From NCBI GenBank assembly GCA_037143175.1, contig JBAWZF010000006.1, positions 3,414 through 67,413 on the forward strand: a DNA stretch of 64,000 nucleotides, read 5' to 3'. The notes under the pieces were generated by a model. That model searched no databases. It saw only the letters and a program-made list of their open reading frames with translations, and was not told the origin of the DNA. The stretch is from a bacterium. GTDB taxonomy: Bacteria > Verrucomicrobiota > Kiritimatiellia > CAIKKV01 > CAITUY01. The translations under genes and the position numbers were made by a program. Numbering within the stretch: the stretch's first letter is position 1; each line of letters begins with the position of its first letter. Positions 53,833-64,000 of this stretch are shown piece by piece.

Positions 53833-56800
53833 TCATTTTGCGCTACGCCGTTCCGTTGCGGGTTTGGCCCATTTCGTGTCGCTGAAGTTTTTGATAATAT
53901 CGTTGTATGAGTTCAATGCTTGCGCCTTATCGCCCAGCGCCTCATAACATTTGGCGCTCTCAAACATGGCCCCCGCCACCCATTCGCGATGTTCACGGTA
54001 GAGGGCAATGACCCGCAGGTAAGCCATGATGGCAGCTTTATAATCGCTCTTGGCCTGCGATATCTGACCGATACAGAACTGTGCTTCCGCACCGGTTTCA
54101 GTCTTGGTGCGCTTAGTCACTTCCAGGAAGCTCTCCTCGGCGTCCGGGTATTTACCGAGGTTGAACCGGGCTTTCCCCAGCAGGAAATGGGCCTGGACGA
54201 GGATGCGATCATCGGGACTTTTCCTGATCAGGGTTTCGAGCGGATTGATCGCCTCCGCATACTTGTCAGTGATGATGAGGCAATTGGCCAGCCCCAGGCA
54301 GGCATCGGGCAAGAATTCATGTGTCGCCGACCGCTTGTCGACAATGAACTGGCGGAAGCGCTCAATAGCCAGCGCGGTCTGTCCGTTCCTGGCATGGGCC
54401 TGCGCCGCCTGCAGAAGGGCATCAGGGAACAGTTCGTTATCAGGGAAATCCTTCACCATGCAGTCGAATTCCACGGCCGCCTTCGCATAGCGGTCCATCA
54501 GCCAATAGCACCAGCCCATGCGGAAACGGGCCTTGTCCGCGAGGCGTTTGTCCTTGGAGGTGTCCAGCACCTTGCCGTAAAGGTCTAGAGCCCCGTCGAG
54601 TCGCCTGGTGCGGGCTTCAGGTTTTTCGCCGGCGGCTTCCTCCGGCTTTATTTTGTATGTGGCCTCGGCCAGGTAGAAATAGGCGTCTGCGGCTAGCGCA
54701 TCCTTCGGGAATATATCGGCGAGCTGCCGGAACACACGGAGGGCGTCATTATCCTTTCCTGCCTGCCGCCAGGACCAGGCCTGCTCATACAGGATGCGGA
54801 CCCTGTCATCTGCCGCAGGGTAGTTTTCATCCAGCGTCTTGTATGTTGCCGCTGCTTCCGCCCATTTCTGCTGTTCCTGCTGGCAGGTGCCAACCGCTAA
54901 CAGGGCTGTGCGCGCGAGATCGTGTTTCGGGAAGGCGGTGAGGACTGCGGTGGCGGCCTGTTCCCCCTCAGACCATTTTTTCATTTTGATGAGGCTTCTG
55001 GCCTTGCGATATAACGCCTGCGCGGTCAGGTCCGCAGCGGGGTATTTCGCGGCCATTTTGTCGAATGCCTGCACCGCCTCATTCCATTGTTCCCGGTCGT
55101 AGTAACACAGGCCGATGCCGAACAGCGCGTAGGGGGTGAGCTCATCCGCTTTTTCGCGACTGGCCACCAGTGTATATTTATCCACCGCCTTCTCATAGGC
55201 TTTCTGGTCGTAGTAGCACTCCGCAAGTTGATATTGAACCTGGGGGAGCAATTCACTGGCGGGATAGTCTTTGAGGAAACGTTCCAGGTGTTTGGCGGCG
55301 CCAGCCTTTTTGTCCTGCTTCATGTCGGCCACTGCCAGTTTCAGGAGGGCATCATCACCGAACCGGCTATGCTCCGGGGTATCGAGGTAGGCGGTCAGGG
55401 CCTTGCCCACCAGATCGTATTTTGCCATTTCGAACAGGCAGAGACCCTCAAGATAAAGCATCTCGGAGGCAATCGAAGCGCCGGCCGCCTTCGCGTCGAT
55501 GATCTTGAGTTCATCGAGTGCCTCCTTGTTACGCTTTTCGTAGTGGTGCACCCAGGCCAGCCGGTAGTGGGCGCGGGCCACGCGATCCAATGCCTTGTCC
55601 CCTTTCTGCAGGAACTCCTGGTAACGTTCAGCAGCGCGGGCGTATTGCTTGAGCAGGAACCGGTTTTCACCGCTCAGAAACAGCACTGGAGGAAGCAGAT
55701 CGTTCTTGCCGAACTTATCGCGGAAGGAGTCGCACAGGGCGTCGGAATCGGCATACTTATCGGCGCGATGCAGTGCGGCACAGGCTGAATACAGGGCGCG
55801 CGGCGCCTGGTCGTTTTTCTCAAAGGCCGCGGCATACTCCTTGAAGGCCCCGGCCGCCTCCTCAAATTTATTCCTTGCCAGCCGGGCATCCGCCAGGCCG
55901 AGGTGCATGTCGCCTGCCATGGATGACTGCGGAAAATCATGCAGGGAATCGCTCAGTACCTTTTCGGCCTCTTCAGCCCTGTCAGATTTCAGCAGGCTCA
56001 TCGCGACCCAGTACGAAGCCTCGTCAGCCAATTCCTTTTTGTTTTTCCGCACGGGGTCAAGCCGCTCAATGGCATTCTTGTAGTCGCCGGCCTCAAAGAG
56101 GGCGGTGCCGGAGTACAGCCGCGCCTTGGCCGCCTGTGGGCTCTGTGGAAAACGGCTGGCCAGCTGTTCAAATGCGACGGCAGCCTCTTTCAGTTTGCCA
56201 GCCTTGTAGAGGGCCAGTCCGCGTTCATACCCGGCGGCCTCGGAAAATTTTCCACTTCCCTCCGTGACCGATTCATAGGCCGCTGCGGCCTTAGCATAGG
56301 CATCCTGCCTGTAGAGTGACTGGGCCAGGCGGAAACGCGCCTCCTCATGCAGTTCGCTTTTGGGATACTTCGCGAGGAACCGCTCGAACGATTTCTGCGC
56401 CTCGCTGAAACGATTCTGATTGAACTGCGCAAAGGCATAATTGAAGAGGCTGCGTTCGATGAGGTTCAGAAAGGCCTCACCAGCCTTGATCCCGGCGGCA
56501 TCAAGCTTTTGCAGCATGGCCTTCGTTTCCGGTGTGCTGTCTCCCTCATACTTGTCGACGTACAGTTTTAGCAGGTCTTCAGCTTCCTTGTTCTTCTCCA
56601 TGCTGATTAGGCAGGCGGCCTGGCGGGCCATGGCCCAATCAGCAAGGTAGTGAGTTGCATATTTTTCGCGGATCTGCGCGAACAGTGCAACCGCATCGTT
56701 GAATCTGCCAAGCGCCACATAGGTCTGGCCGAGTTGGAACAGCATTTCGGCGGATTGCGGAAAGTTGGGACTGTCGGTGCGGACCTGCTCATACGCTTTG

Positions 56801-57072
56801 GCGGCCTGTTCAAACTTGTCGGTATGGAACAGCGCCTGGGCCAGGCCAAACTGCGCATCAGCCTTGTGTGCATGGTCAGGATAATTCTTCAGGAACGCAT
56901 TATAGGAATCCGCAGCCATGTCATACTTGCCGCTGTTATACAGCCAGACGGCAAAATTGTAGTCATCCACCGCTTTGGTGGCCGTCTTGTCCATGGCGGC
57001 CGTGAGTGACATTACGGCGCCGAGGCTGACAAGGCAAAACAGGGCCGCAATCTTTTTTGTGACAAAATGCAT
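53833..57072 (-). CDS. 1078-aa TPR-repeat protein with N-terminal signal/anchor and a C-terminal CpoB/YbgF-like TPR module
   Basis: Start at MHFVTKKIAALFCLVSLGAVMSLTAA. Dozens of TPR units (A..Y.....Y..A). The C-terminal end resembles the Tol-Pal-associated YbgF/CpoB TPR domain. It is the first gene of the exbB-exbD-giant-protein operon. Confidence 0.7.
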   Translation of the reverse strand: MHFVTKKIAALFCLVSLGAVMSLTAAMDKTATKAVDDYNFAVWLYNSGKYDMAADSYNAFLKNYPDHAHKADAQFGLAQALFHTDKFEQAAKAYEQVRTDSPNFPQSAEMLFQLGQTYVALGRFNDAVALFAQIREKYATHYLADWAMARQAACLISMEKNKEAEDLLKLYVDKYEGDSTPETKAMLQKLDAAGIKAGEAFLNLIERSLFNYAFAQFNQNRFSEAQKSFERFLAKYPKSELHEEARFRLAQSLYRQDAYAKAAAAYESVTEGSGKFSEAAGYERGLALYKAGKLKEAAVAFEQLASRFPQSPQAAKARLYSGTALFEAGDYKNAIERLDPVRKNKKELADEASYWVAMSLLKSDRAEEAEKVLSDSLHDFPQSSMAGDMHLGLADARLARNKFEEAAGAFKEYAAAFEKNDQAPRALYSACAALHRADKYADSDALCDSFRDKFGKNDLLPPVLFLSGENRFLLKQYARAAERYQEFLQKGDKALDRVARAHYRLAWVHHYEKRNKEALDELKIIDAKAAGASIASEMLYLEGLCLFEMAKYDLVGKALTAYLDTPEHSRFGDDALLKLAVADMKQDKKAGAAKHLERFLKDYPASELLPQVQYQLAECYYDQKAYEKAVDKYTLVASREKADELTPYALFGIGLCYYDREQWNEAVQAFDKMAAKYPAADLTAQALYRKARSLIKMKKWSEGEQAATAVLTAFPKHDLARTALLAVGTCQQEQQKWAEAAATYKTLDENYPAADDRVRILYEQAWSWRQAGKDNDALRVFRQLADIFPKDALAADAYFYLAEATYKIKPEEAAGEKPEARTRRLDGALDLYGKVLDTSKDKRLADKARFRMGWCYWLMDRYAKAAVEFDCMVKDFPDNELFPDALLQAAQAHARNGQTALAIERFRQFIVDKRSATHEFLPDACLGLANCLIITDKYAEAINPLETLIRKSPDDRILVQAHFLLGKARFNLGKYPDAEESFLEVTKRTKTETGAEAQFCIGQISQAKSDYKAAIMAYLRVIALYREHREWVAGAMFESAKCYEALGDKAQALNSYNDIIKNFSDTKWAKPATERRSAK

Positions 57073-57384
57073 GGCGATTTTCTCCGAAGACGCACGGAAC
57101 GAACGGTTTTGCACACGATCCATTCGTGCATGGAATTATATGGATAAGAAGTCTCTTTTCGGACGGCACGGACACTTGCCCGTTGTAACCCCCTTTGAAA
57201 CAACAATTTCCTAAGGAATGCTGTCAAAATAGAAATGTAAAAGCAAGCCCAAGGACGAGTTTGTCAAACCATAATATTTGATTTTTGACCGGGCTTGGGC
57301 GGTTGAAGTCGTTCGGCGTGTGCTGCAACAACTGGAGCGGGAGATGCGATGAATCTCCTTTTCGCGCGTACACGTCTCCGCGAT

Positions 57385-59595
57385 CTACTGCTTGAGAGAG
57401 TGTTTGTGAGCCATGACCATGCGCAGGGCGCGGTAGTCGTATTTTTCACCGAACGCCTCCTTGATGGGCAACAGCAACTCCGTGCCCAGTTTCTCGGAGC
57501 AGGCAATAATTTCATTCACATCAGCCTGTGGCATCAATTTATGGATTGGTACGAGGCCTTGTCGAATACCCCAGGTAAGATGGTCTTGTACGGTCGAAAC
57601 CTTTATGTCCTGCTTGAGGGCGATCTGATCAATGCTCTCTCCTGTAAGGAATAGCAGGGAACTGTGTAATTTCGGGTTTTTTGGCGGTTTTGGCTTCTTG
57701 ATCGCCATGGGCATCACCGGTTTCAGCTGGGGGGGCAGACTAAGTTCTTTGATGCTCTCGCGGGTAAATTCCTTGTCGGCGATGACCGCTTCCACCATGG
57801 CGAGCGATTTGTACATGCCCTGTTGCGCGGCGGCGCATACGGAGGCCAGTTCCTTCAGTTCGGTCTGGTAAGCCTTGGTGCCTTTTACGGCCGCCACGGT
57901 CCCTAGCTGCACTTCAAATTTACGGCGATACTGCGCAAAAAGCGGATCGAAATAGTGAAGGGCCGCTTTGAGCCGGTCGGTAAGAAATTTGAAATCGATG
58001 GGCCGCTGTGCGGTGATTTTTCTCAGTTGGGCCACAAATTTGTCCGCTACGGCTTTCGTTTCGGATCCCTGTTGTGCCAGATCGTTTGCCCAGGGGGCAA
58101 ATTTCTGTTTGGCCGAAATCGATTCGTCTTTGTCGTAGGTCATCGCATGGTTGCTGAGCTGCCACTCAAAATTGCTGAGGTCGAAGGCCTCCGTGACATA
58201 ACTGCCGAGGTATTCCGAGGCCGCCATGCGGAGATCGCTCATGATGGCGCTTGTTTCGAGCTGCTTGTCCTGGACAAAGTCGGTAACCGCTGTATCCGTG
58301 TTGAAGGATTGCGCGCCAAAAGGTGCAGAAAGAACCAAGCCTCCCAAGCCTGTCAGCCGTGAAAGTGCCACGTAAACCTGTCCGGGCGCAAATGCCCCGG
58401 AGACATCCAGAATGGCGCGCTCAAAGGTTAAGCCCTGGCTTTTGTGGATGGTGATAGCCCAGGCCAACTTGATGGGGTAGTGCTTAAAAGTACCGATAAT
58501 ATCTTCTTCAATGATATTTTCTGCATTGAGCTTGAAGCGTTTGTTCTCCCACACATACGGCTCGACAGTCACGTCGGGACTGCCGTCAGAAAATCTGACG
58601 GTAATGTTGTTCAGGTCCAATTCTGAAACGGTGCCTAATTTGCCGTTGAAGAAACCTCCCTGACCGCTCGGATCGTTTTTGATAAACATGACTTGGGCAT
58701 GTTTCTTCAGCTTGAGGATTTCTTCAACAGGGTAGTTGTTGGGCTGGAACTCGCCGTCCACTTCCGCCCGGTATTCGTAGGTTTTGCCCTCCAGTTCAGC
58801 CAATTCTGAACTGTTGATGCGGTCGGCTTTGTAATTGTGCGTGGTCAAGTTGATGTACGGCTTACCTGACTGTGGCCGGAAATCGGGGTTGTAGTAACGG
58901 TTCAGGAGGGCGATATCTTCCTTGCTAATCCGGTTATCGCGCAGCTTGTTGAGCAGGCTGATGAAGGTGGGGTCGCTCTGCCGGTAGATTTTATTCAGTT
59001 CAAGATAAACCAGCTGGACTTTACTGATGACACGGGCAGCAAAGAAATACTGGCTGGCATAATATTTCTTAAGGTAAGGCCATTCGTCATCTTTTACGAC
59101 GGGTGGTAACTGGAGCAGGTCGCCGATGAAGAGCATCTGCACGCCGCCGAAGGGGCTGTCTTTGCGGCGGATTTTGCGAAGTACGGTGTCGATGGCGTCG
59201 AGCAGGTCGGCCCGCAGCATACTGACCTCGTCGATGATCAGAAGTTCGATGGCCCGGATCATTTCGCGTTTCCGGCCGTTCATCTGCAGGTTGGTCATCA
59301 TACTTTTCGGCGTATTCAGTTGCGTGGTGATGTCGCCTTCGAGCTGCGGGTTGTCTTCGGGCAGGAAGGCGCCAAAGGGGAGCTGAAGCAGCGAATGCAA
59401 TGTCACCCCGCCGGCATTGATGGCCGCAATGCCTGTTGGGGCCGCTATCACCGTGTTCTTGTGTGTAAATCGGGCAATGTTACGCAGAAACGTGGTTTTG
59501 CCAGTGCCAGCCTTCCCGGTTAAGAAAATATGCCTTTTTGTGGTGCTGATATACTTCCGGGCAAACTCGGCAATCTGATTCAATTCTTCCGGCAT
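57385..59595 (-). CDS. Pif1/RecD-like ATP-dependent DNA helicase with C-terminal helix-turn-helix domain
   Basis: Walker A GKAGTGKTT, Walker B LIIDEVSM, Q/arginine-finger regions, C-terminal ...TVQDHLTWGIRQGLV... HTH. Confidence 0.8.
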   Translation of the reverse strand: MPEELNQIAEFARKYISTTKRHIFLTGKAGTGKTTFLRNIARFTHKNTVIAAPTGIAAINAGGVTLHSLLQLPFGAFLPEDNPQLEGDITTQLNTPKSMMTNLQMNGRKREMIRAIELLIIDEVSMLRADLLDAIDTVLRKIRRKDSPFGGVQMLFIGDLLQLPPVVKDDEWPYLKKYYASQYFFAARVISKVQLVYLELNKIYRQSDPTFISLLNKLRDNRISKEDIALLNRYYNPDFRPQSGKPYINLTTHNYKADRINSSELAELEGKTYEYRAEVDGEFQPNNYPVEEILKLKKHAQVMFIKNDPSGQGGFFNGKLGTVSELDLNNITVRFSDGSPDVTVEPYVWENKRFKLNAENIIEEDIIGTFKHYPIKLAWAITIHKSQGLTFERAILDVSGAFAPGQVYVALSRLTGLGGLVLSAPFGAQSFNTDTAVTDFVQDKQLETSAIMSDLRMAASEYLGSYVTEAFDLSNFEWQLSNHAMTYDKDESISAKQKFAPWANDLAQQGSETKAVADKFVAQLRKITAQRPIDFKFLTDRLKAALHYFDPLFAQYRRKFEVQLGTVAAVKGTKAYQTELKELASVCAAAQQGMYKSLAMVEAVIADKEFTRESIKELSLPPQLKPVMPMAIKKPKPPKNPKLHSSLLFLTGESIDQIALKQDIKVSTVQDHLTWGIRQGLVPIHKLMPQADVNEIIACSEKLGTELLLPIKEAFGEKYDYRALRMVMAHKHSLKQ

Positions 59596-59966
59596 GTCTG
59601 CGTTTTCTCCACTCGACGTTAAGAGGGCATCGCGTCATCAGTCAACGACTTGCCGCGTGTTATGGCCAGTGATCCTATAAACAGCATACCCCTCCGCCGC
59701 ACAAGGCACTGCGGGCTTTATGGGCGGCTTCCTTCATATTTCTCCAATGCCATCAGAATACTCTGTCTCTCATTCGGCCGCAAGCCTGCCCACGCGGCTC
59801 ACGCAAGGTTCGCCCTCCAGCAGAATAATCTTTAGCTTCTCGATCTTTCTTTTTGGAGGGCGAAGCTTGCCTGAGCCGCGTTGAACGTGGCTCTGGTCGC
59901 CAGTTCCGAACTCCGGGAAATCCGAACTCGACGCGTGCTGCAGGAATTCGTACGCTAGATGCCCTT

Positions 59967-62810
59967 ATGAGTCGTGATCACATTATTATTGCAGGTGCCC
60001 GTGAGCACAATTTGCAGAACATCACGGTCCGCATCCCCCGTGACAGTTTTACGGTCATTACCGGGCTGAGCGGCTCGGGAAAGTCCTCTTTAGCCTTCGA
60101 CACCCTGTTCGCCGAGGGGCAGCGCCGGTATGTCGAAAGCCTTTCAGCCTATGTCCGCCAGTTTCTGGACCAGATGCAAAAACCGGATGTCGATTATGTG
60201 GAAGGGTTGTCACCGGCTATCTCCATCGAACAAAGGACGGCTGGCTCCAATCCCCGCTCGATTGTGGCGACCACGACTGAAATTCACGATTATCTCCGTT
60301 TGCTTTATGCCAACGTAGGCCATCCGCATTGCCCGCACTGCGGCAAGCCGATTTCAGGGCAATCTGCGGAAGTGATTGTGGATCAGTTGTTGACTCTTCC
60401 GGAGAAGTCCAAGGTGGCGTTGCTGGCTCCGCTCTTGCGAAGTAAGAAAGGCCTGCATGAGGCCGTCTTTGAGAAAATCCAGAAGCAGGGATTCGTGCGT
60501 GTCCGAGTGGATGGTGAAATGGTCGAAATCGACAAGATCCCCAAGCTGGATAAGAAAAAAGCCCACAATGTAGATGTGGTGATCGACCGCCTGGTGATGG
60601 GAAATAAGATCCGGTCCCGTCTGACGGATTCGGTCGAGCTGGCATTGAAGGAAGGAAACGGGGTTTTGATTGCCCTCACGCAGGCAGGAAACGAAGCCAC
60701 AGTCTGGGCGGAACGCCTGTATTCCGAAAAGCACGCCTGTGCCGATTGTGGCGTCAGTTTCGAGAAGCTCACCGCCCGGCATTTTTCATTCAATAATCCG
60801 TATGGGGCCTGTCCGGATTGTTCCGGCCTGGGAACCCAGATGATTTTTGATGAACAACTGGCCGTGCCCAATCAGGAACTCTCTATTGATGGGGGGGCGA
60901 TTACGGCCTGGCGACGGGGTGGCCGCCGCTTGCTGATCTACTATAAGGCCCAACTTCGTACGGTAGCCAAGGAGTGCGGGTTCAGTTTGGATACTCCCTA
61001 CAAGGATCTTCCTGAAGATATTCGAAATCTGTTGATGCAGGGTTCAGGTGACAAGGACATGACGTTTGGCTATTGGCGTGGTGGGGCGCGACGCCACTAC
61101 GAGAAACCATTTGAAGGAGTTCTTCCAAATCTGGCCCGGCGCTATAAGGAAACGGATAGCGATTTTGTCCGGCAGCGGCTGCGCGACTACATGAGCAAGA
61201 TGGTCTGCCCAACCTGTGGCGGGGCGCGCTTGCGTCCGGAAGTGCTGGCCTGCACGGTCGTTGCAAAATCCATTGTGGATCTGACCCGGCTTTCTGTCAG
61301 GAATGCTTTGGAATTTTTCAAGACGCTGGTTTTGTCGGAGCAGGAGAAGAAGATTGCGGGAGATGTGATCAAGGAAATTCAGGAACGGCTCCAGTTTCTG
61401 GCGGATGTCGGGCTGGATTATCTCACGTTGGATCGTGAAAGTGGTTCGCTCTCGGGCGGTGAGGCGCAGCGCATTCGTCTGGCAACGCAAATCGGCTCAC
61501 GTTTAGTGGGGGTATTGTATGTACTGGATGAGCCCAGTATCGGGTTACATTACCGTGATAATGAGCGGTTGATCAACACCTTGAAGCAACTGCGGGATCT
61601 GGGCAATACAGTGGTCGTGGTGGAACACGATGAAGAAACGATTCGAGCTGCCGATTATGTCATTGATCTGGGCCCCGGGGCCGGGCGTCACGGCGGACAG
61701 GTGATACATCAGGGAACGGTGCCGGAATTACTGGCCAACCCCAAATCGCTTACTGCCCAATACATGAATGGTGAGTTGACGATTCCCGTGCCCGAGAAAC
61801 GTGTAGAGCCGGGGGAGCACTGGCTCCAGCTGATGGGGTGCACGGAAAACAATCTCAAGAATCTGTCGGTGCGGATCCCGCTGGGTTTACTGGTGTGCAT
61901 TACAGGGGTTTCGGGAAGCGGCAAAAGCACGCTGGTCGATGATATTCTGCGTCGCGCCTTATTTCGTAAATTTTATGGCTCAAAAGAGATTCCCGGGGCG
62001 CACCGCCGCCTGCTCGGGGCGGATAAACTGGACAAGGTGATCGTGATTGATCAGTCCCCGATCGGGCGGACTCCGCGGAGCAATCCCTCGACTTATACGG
62101 GTGCCTTTGGCCCGATTCGGGACATCTTTGCTTCTTTGCCCATGTCGAAGGTGCGGGGATACGGGCCTGGCCGATTCAGTTTTAATGTCAAGGGGGGGCG
62201 ATGCGAAACCTGTAAAGGCGATGGGATTATCCGCCTGGAGATGCATTTTCTGCCGGATGTGTATGTCCCCTGCGAGCAGTGTCACGGTTTGCGTTATAAC
62301 AAAGAGACGCTTGAGGTCCATTATAACGGCAAAAGCATCTCTGATGTTCTGGCCTTGACCATTGATGAAGCCCTGGACTTTTTCAAACACATTCCTGCCA
62401 TTGAACGTAAGGTCCGTACGTTGTCCGAAGTTGGTCTGGGGTATATCCAGCTTGGGCAGTCGGCAACCACCCTTTCCGGAGGTGAGGCGCAACGCATGAA
62501 GCTCGCCTCCGAGTTGAGCCGGAAAGCGACTGGCAAGACGCTTTATTTATTGGATGAGCCGACGACCGGTCTGCATTTCGCTGATATTCAGCGGTTGATG
62601 CATGTGTTGGAGCGGTTGCGAGCCTCAGGCAATACCGTATTGGTGATTGAACATAATCTCGACGTGATAAAACGGAGCGATTACATTATTGACCTCGGTC
62701 CTGAAGGGGGCGATGGCGGGGGCCAGATTGTTGCAGAGGGCACCCCCGAGGAAGTTTCCCGGTGTGATGCATCGCACACGGGGCAGGCATTACGACTCCA
62801 CTTGAAATGA
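59967..62810 (+). CDS. uvrA: excinuclease ABC subunit A
   Basis: Start at [18 protein letters not shown]. Two ABC ATPase modules ([14 protein letters not shown]; [11 protein letters not shown]). Zinc-finger Cys pairs. 947 aa. Confidence 0.9.
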   Translation: MSRDHIIIAGAREHNLQNITVRIPRDSFTVITGLSGSGKSSLAFDTLFAEGQRRYVESLSAYVRQFLDQMQKPDVDYVEGLSPAISIEQRTAGSNPRSIVATTTEIHDYLRLLYANVGHPHCPHCGKPISGQSAEVIVDQLLTLPEKSKVALLAPLLRSKKGLHEAVFEKIQKQGFVRVRVDGEMVEIDKIPKLDKKKAHNVDVVIDRLVMGNKIRSRLTDSVELALKEGNGVLIALTQAGNEATVWAERLYSEKHACADCGVSFEKLTARHFSFNNPYGACPDCSGLGTQMIFDEQLAVPNQELSIDGGAITAWRRGGRRLLIYYKAQLRTVAKECGFSLDTPYKDLPEDIRNLLMQGSGDKDMTFGYWRGGARRHYEKPFEGVLPNLARRYKETDSDFVRQRLRDYMSKMVCPTCGGARLRPEVLACTVVAKSIVDLTRLSVRNALEFFKTLVLSEQEKKIAGDVIKEIQERLQFLADVGLDYLTLDRESGSLSGGEAQRIRLATQIGSRLVGVLYVLDEPSIGLHYRDNERLINTLKQLRDLGNTVVVVEHDEETIRAADYVIDLGPGAGRHGGQVIHQGTVPELLANPKSLTAQYMNGELTIPVPEKRVEPGEHWLQLMGCTENNLKNLSVRIPLGLLVCITGVSGSGKSTLVDDILRRALFRKFYGSKEIPGAHRRLLGADKLDKVIVIDQSPIGRTPRSNPSTYTGAFGPIRDIFASLPMSKVRGYGPGRFSFNVKGGRCETCKGDGIIRLEMHFLPDVYVPCEQCHGLRYNKETLEVHYNGKSISDVLALTIDEALDFFKHIPAIERKVRTLSEVGLGYIQLGQSATTLSGGEAQRMKLASELSRKATGKTLYLLDEPTTGLHFADIQRLMHVLERLRASGNTVLVIEHNLDVIKRSDYIIDLGPEGGDGGGQIVAEGTPEEVSRCDASHTGQALRLHLK

Positions 62811-62812
62811 TC

Positions 62813-64000
62813 ATGAAACAGAATTTAATTAATTCGCTTTCGCTGTTGGTGGTGGCTTTTGTATTGGTCGCGAGAGGGGTGTTGGCCGAGGGGGGGGCGG
62901 CCCCCGTGCAGACCCACTCCAATTCTCCTTTTGATACCCTGGGTGCAGCCCAGACCGCGTTGGAAGACGGCTTCTGCGAGTTGGCTCAAAAGCAGGCTGA
63001 AGCCGTTTTGAAAGATGAGGCGCTGCCGCCTTCACTGCGGGGGGAGGCGACGATCGTTTTGGCTCGGGCTCTATATGGCCAACGGCGGTTCAAGGAGATG
63101 GCCGCACAAATCGAAGCGGCTGGCCTGACTTTACCTGCTACACAGGCGGGGGCCATGGTTTATTGGCATGCTGTGGCGCAGTATGAATCCGGCAATATCC
63201 GTTTGGCACTCGATGAACTTCGCAATTTTGAAGGGCGATTCCCCGGCAGTCCCTTGATTTCGAGAGCATCCCGTCTCGAGGCCTGGGCGAATCTTAAGGA
63301 AGGCCGCCAGGCCGAAGCGTTGGCGGTATTCGAACGCTTTGATCGCCAGTTTGGAGTCACCGACGAGGGGTCTGACAATTTGTTGGACTGGGGACAAGCC
63401 TTGCTCGATTCTGGGAACGTCACGGCGGCACGGGGCATTTTGGAAAGATTGGTTACACGACAGGCAGAATTGGCGTCTGTTCAGGATGGCAAGTTGTTGC
63501 TGGCGAAAGCCCTGGTGGTGGATGGGAAATGGGAGTCGGCCTGGAATATCCTGACGCTGATGGCGGGCGATCCGATGGTGCGACTGGATCGGCGGGCGTT
63601 GGCATTGTTGACTATCAGCGAGGTGAATGCCGCCCAAACTAATTATGCGGCAGCGGTAACCTCGGCGTCAAAAGCCGTTGATTTGGCGCCCACCACGGGT
63701 CTTAAAAATAGAGGCCGAGCCTTGTGGGGCAAGTGGTTACTTCGACAAAAGAAAATTGCCGAGGGGGCGGAGTTGTTGCGTCCCGTGATCGCTCAACTCA
63801 CGGATGATCCGGTTTCCGGCGAACTGCAGTTGGAATTGGCGGCAGGCTATTATGATTTGAAACAATTCGAAAAAGCGGCCCAGGAATTCCAATACTATCT
63901 GGAAACTTTTAAGATTCCCGACGGGCGTTTGGTGGCCTTTAAGGGGCGCGGGCTCGCCTTGTGGGAACTGCAACGTTATGCCGAGGCCGCTACGATGTTT
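62813..64000 (+). CDS. TPR-like repeat protein with signal peptide; 3-prime truncated by the window end
   Basis: ATG at 62813 (2 nt after the uvrA stop). MKQNLINSLSLLVVAFVLVARGVLA signal peptide. Ala/Leu-rich TPR-like repeats run to the window edge with no stop. Confidence 0.6.
   Translation, partial: MKQNLINSLSLLVVAFVLVARGVLAEGGAAPVQTHSNSPFDTLGAAQTALEDGFCELAQKQAEAVLKDEALPPSLRGEATIVLARALYGQRRFKEMAAQIEAAGLTLPATQAGAMVYWHAVAQYESGNIRLALDELRNFEGRFPGSPLISRASRLEAWANLKEGRQAEALAVFERFDRQFGVTDEGSDNLLDWGQALLDSGNVTAARGILERLVTRQAELASVQDGKLLLAKALVVDGKWESAWNILTLMAGDPMVRLDRRALALLTISEVNAAQTNYAAAVTSASKAVDLAPTTGLKNRGRALWGKWLLRQKKIAEGAELLRPVIAQLTDDPVSGELQLELAAGYYDLKQFEKAAQEFQYYLETFKIPDGRLVAFKGRGLALWELQRYAEAATMF

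Overview
A 64-kb window from a roughly 57% GC bacterial chromosome. The gene content (many glycoside hydrolases with AraC/cupin regulators, a giant TPR protein, a protein with a prenyltransferase/squalene-cyclase-type domain) suggests a PVC-superphylum organism (Verrucomicrobia/Lentisphaerae/Kiritimatiellae-like); this is an inference.

Layout, left to right:

1. 1-11.6 kb: the right end of a prophage-like integrative element. All its genes are on the minus strand: a tape-measure-like structural protein, several hypothetical proteins, a Rep-like winged-helix protein, an excisionase-like HTH protein, an XRE repressor, accessory ORFs and a tyrosine integrase. It abuts the 5-prime side of a tRNA-Arg(TCT).
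2. Just after the tRNA there is a 78-codon remnant of a homocysteine S-methyltransferase (MetH/MmuM-type) gene.
3. 11.9-23.2 kb: a carbohydrate-utilisation cluster. It holds two AraC regulators, a GH4, a GH5 and a GH18 glycoside hydrolase, a 1046-aa glycoside hydrolase, and a QueG-like 4Fe-4S protein.
4. 23-43 kb: mostly housekeeping genes (rmuC, tadA, prfC, mtnP, tRNA-Lys, ppnP, uxaC, a kdgK-like kinase, tal, rpsA, tyrS). Also here are a DmpG-like aldolase, a zincin-peptidase plus ATP-grasp pair, a hybrid sensor kinase, and a YqjD/YqjE/BON stress cluster.
5. 43.4-47.5 kb: a degraded island inserted in the 3-prime end of tyrS. A displaced, diverged copy of the tyrS C-terminus is still present. 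The island carries two toxin-antitoxin-like pairs and a perfect 248-bp direct repeat.
6. 47.5-57.1 kb: the most unusual locus, a Tol-Pal-like gene set. It comprises an OmpA/Pal-like protein, a 1286-aa polytopic protein at the TolA/TonB position with an alpha/alpha-toroid C-terminal domain, ExbD, ExbB, and a 1078-aa CpoB-like TPR protein.
7. The window ends with a Pif1/RecD-like helicase, uvrA and a partial TPR gene.

No rRNA and no CRISPR array were found.
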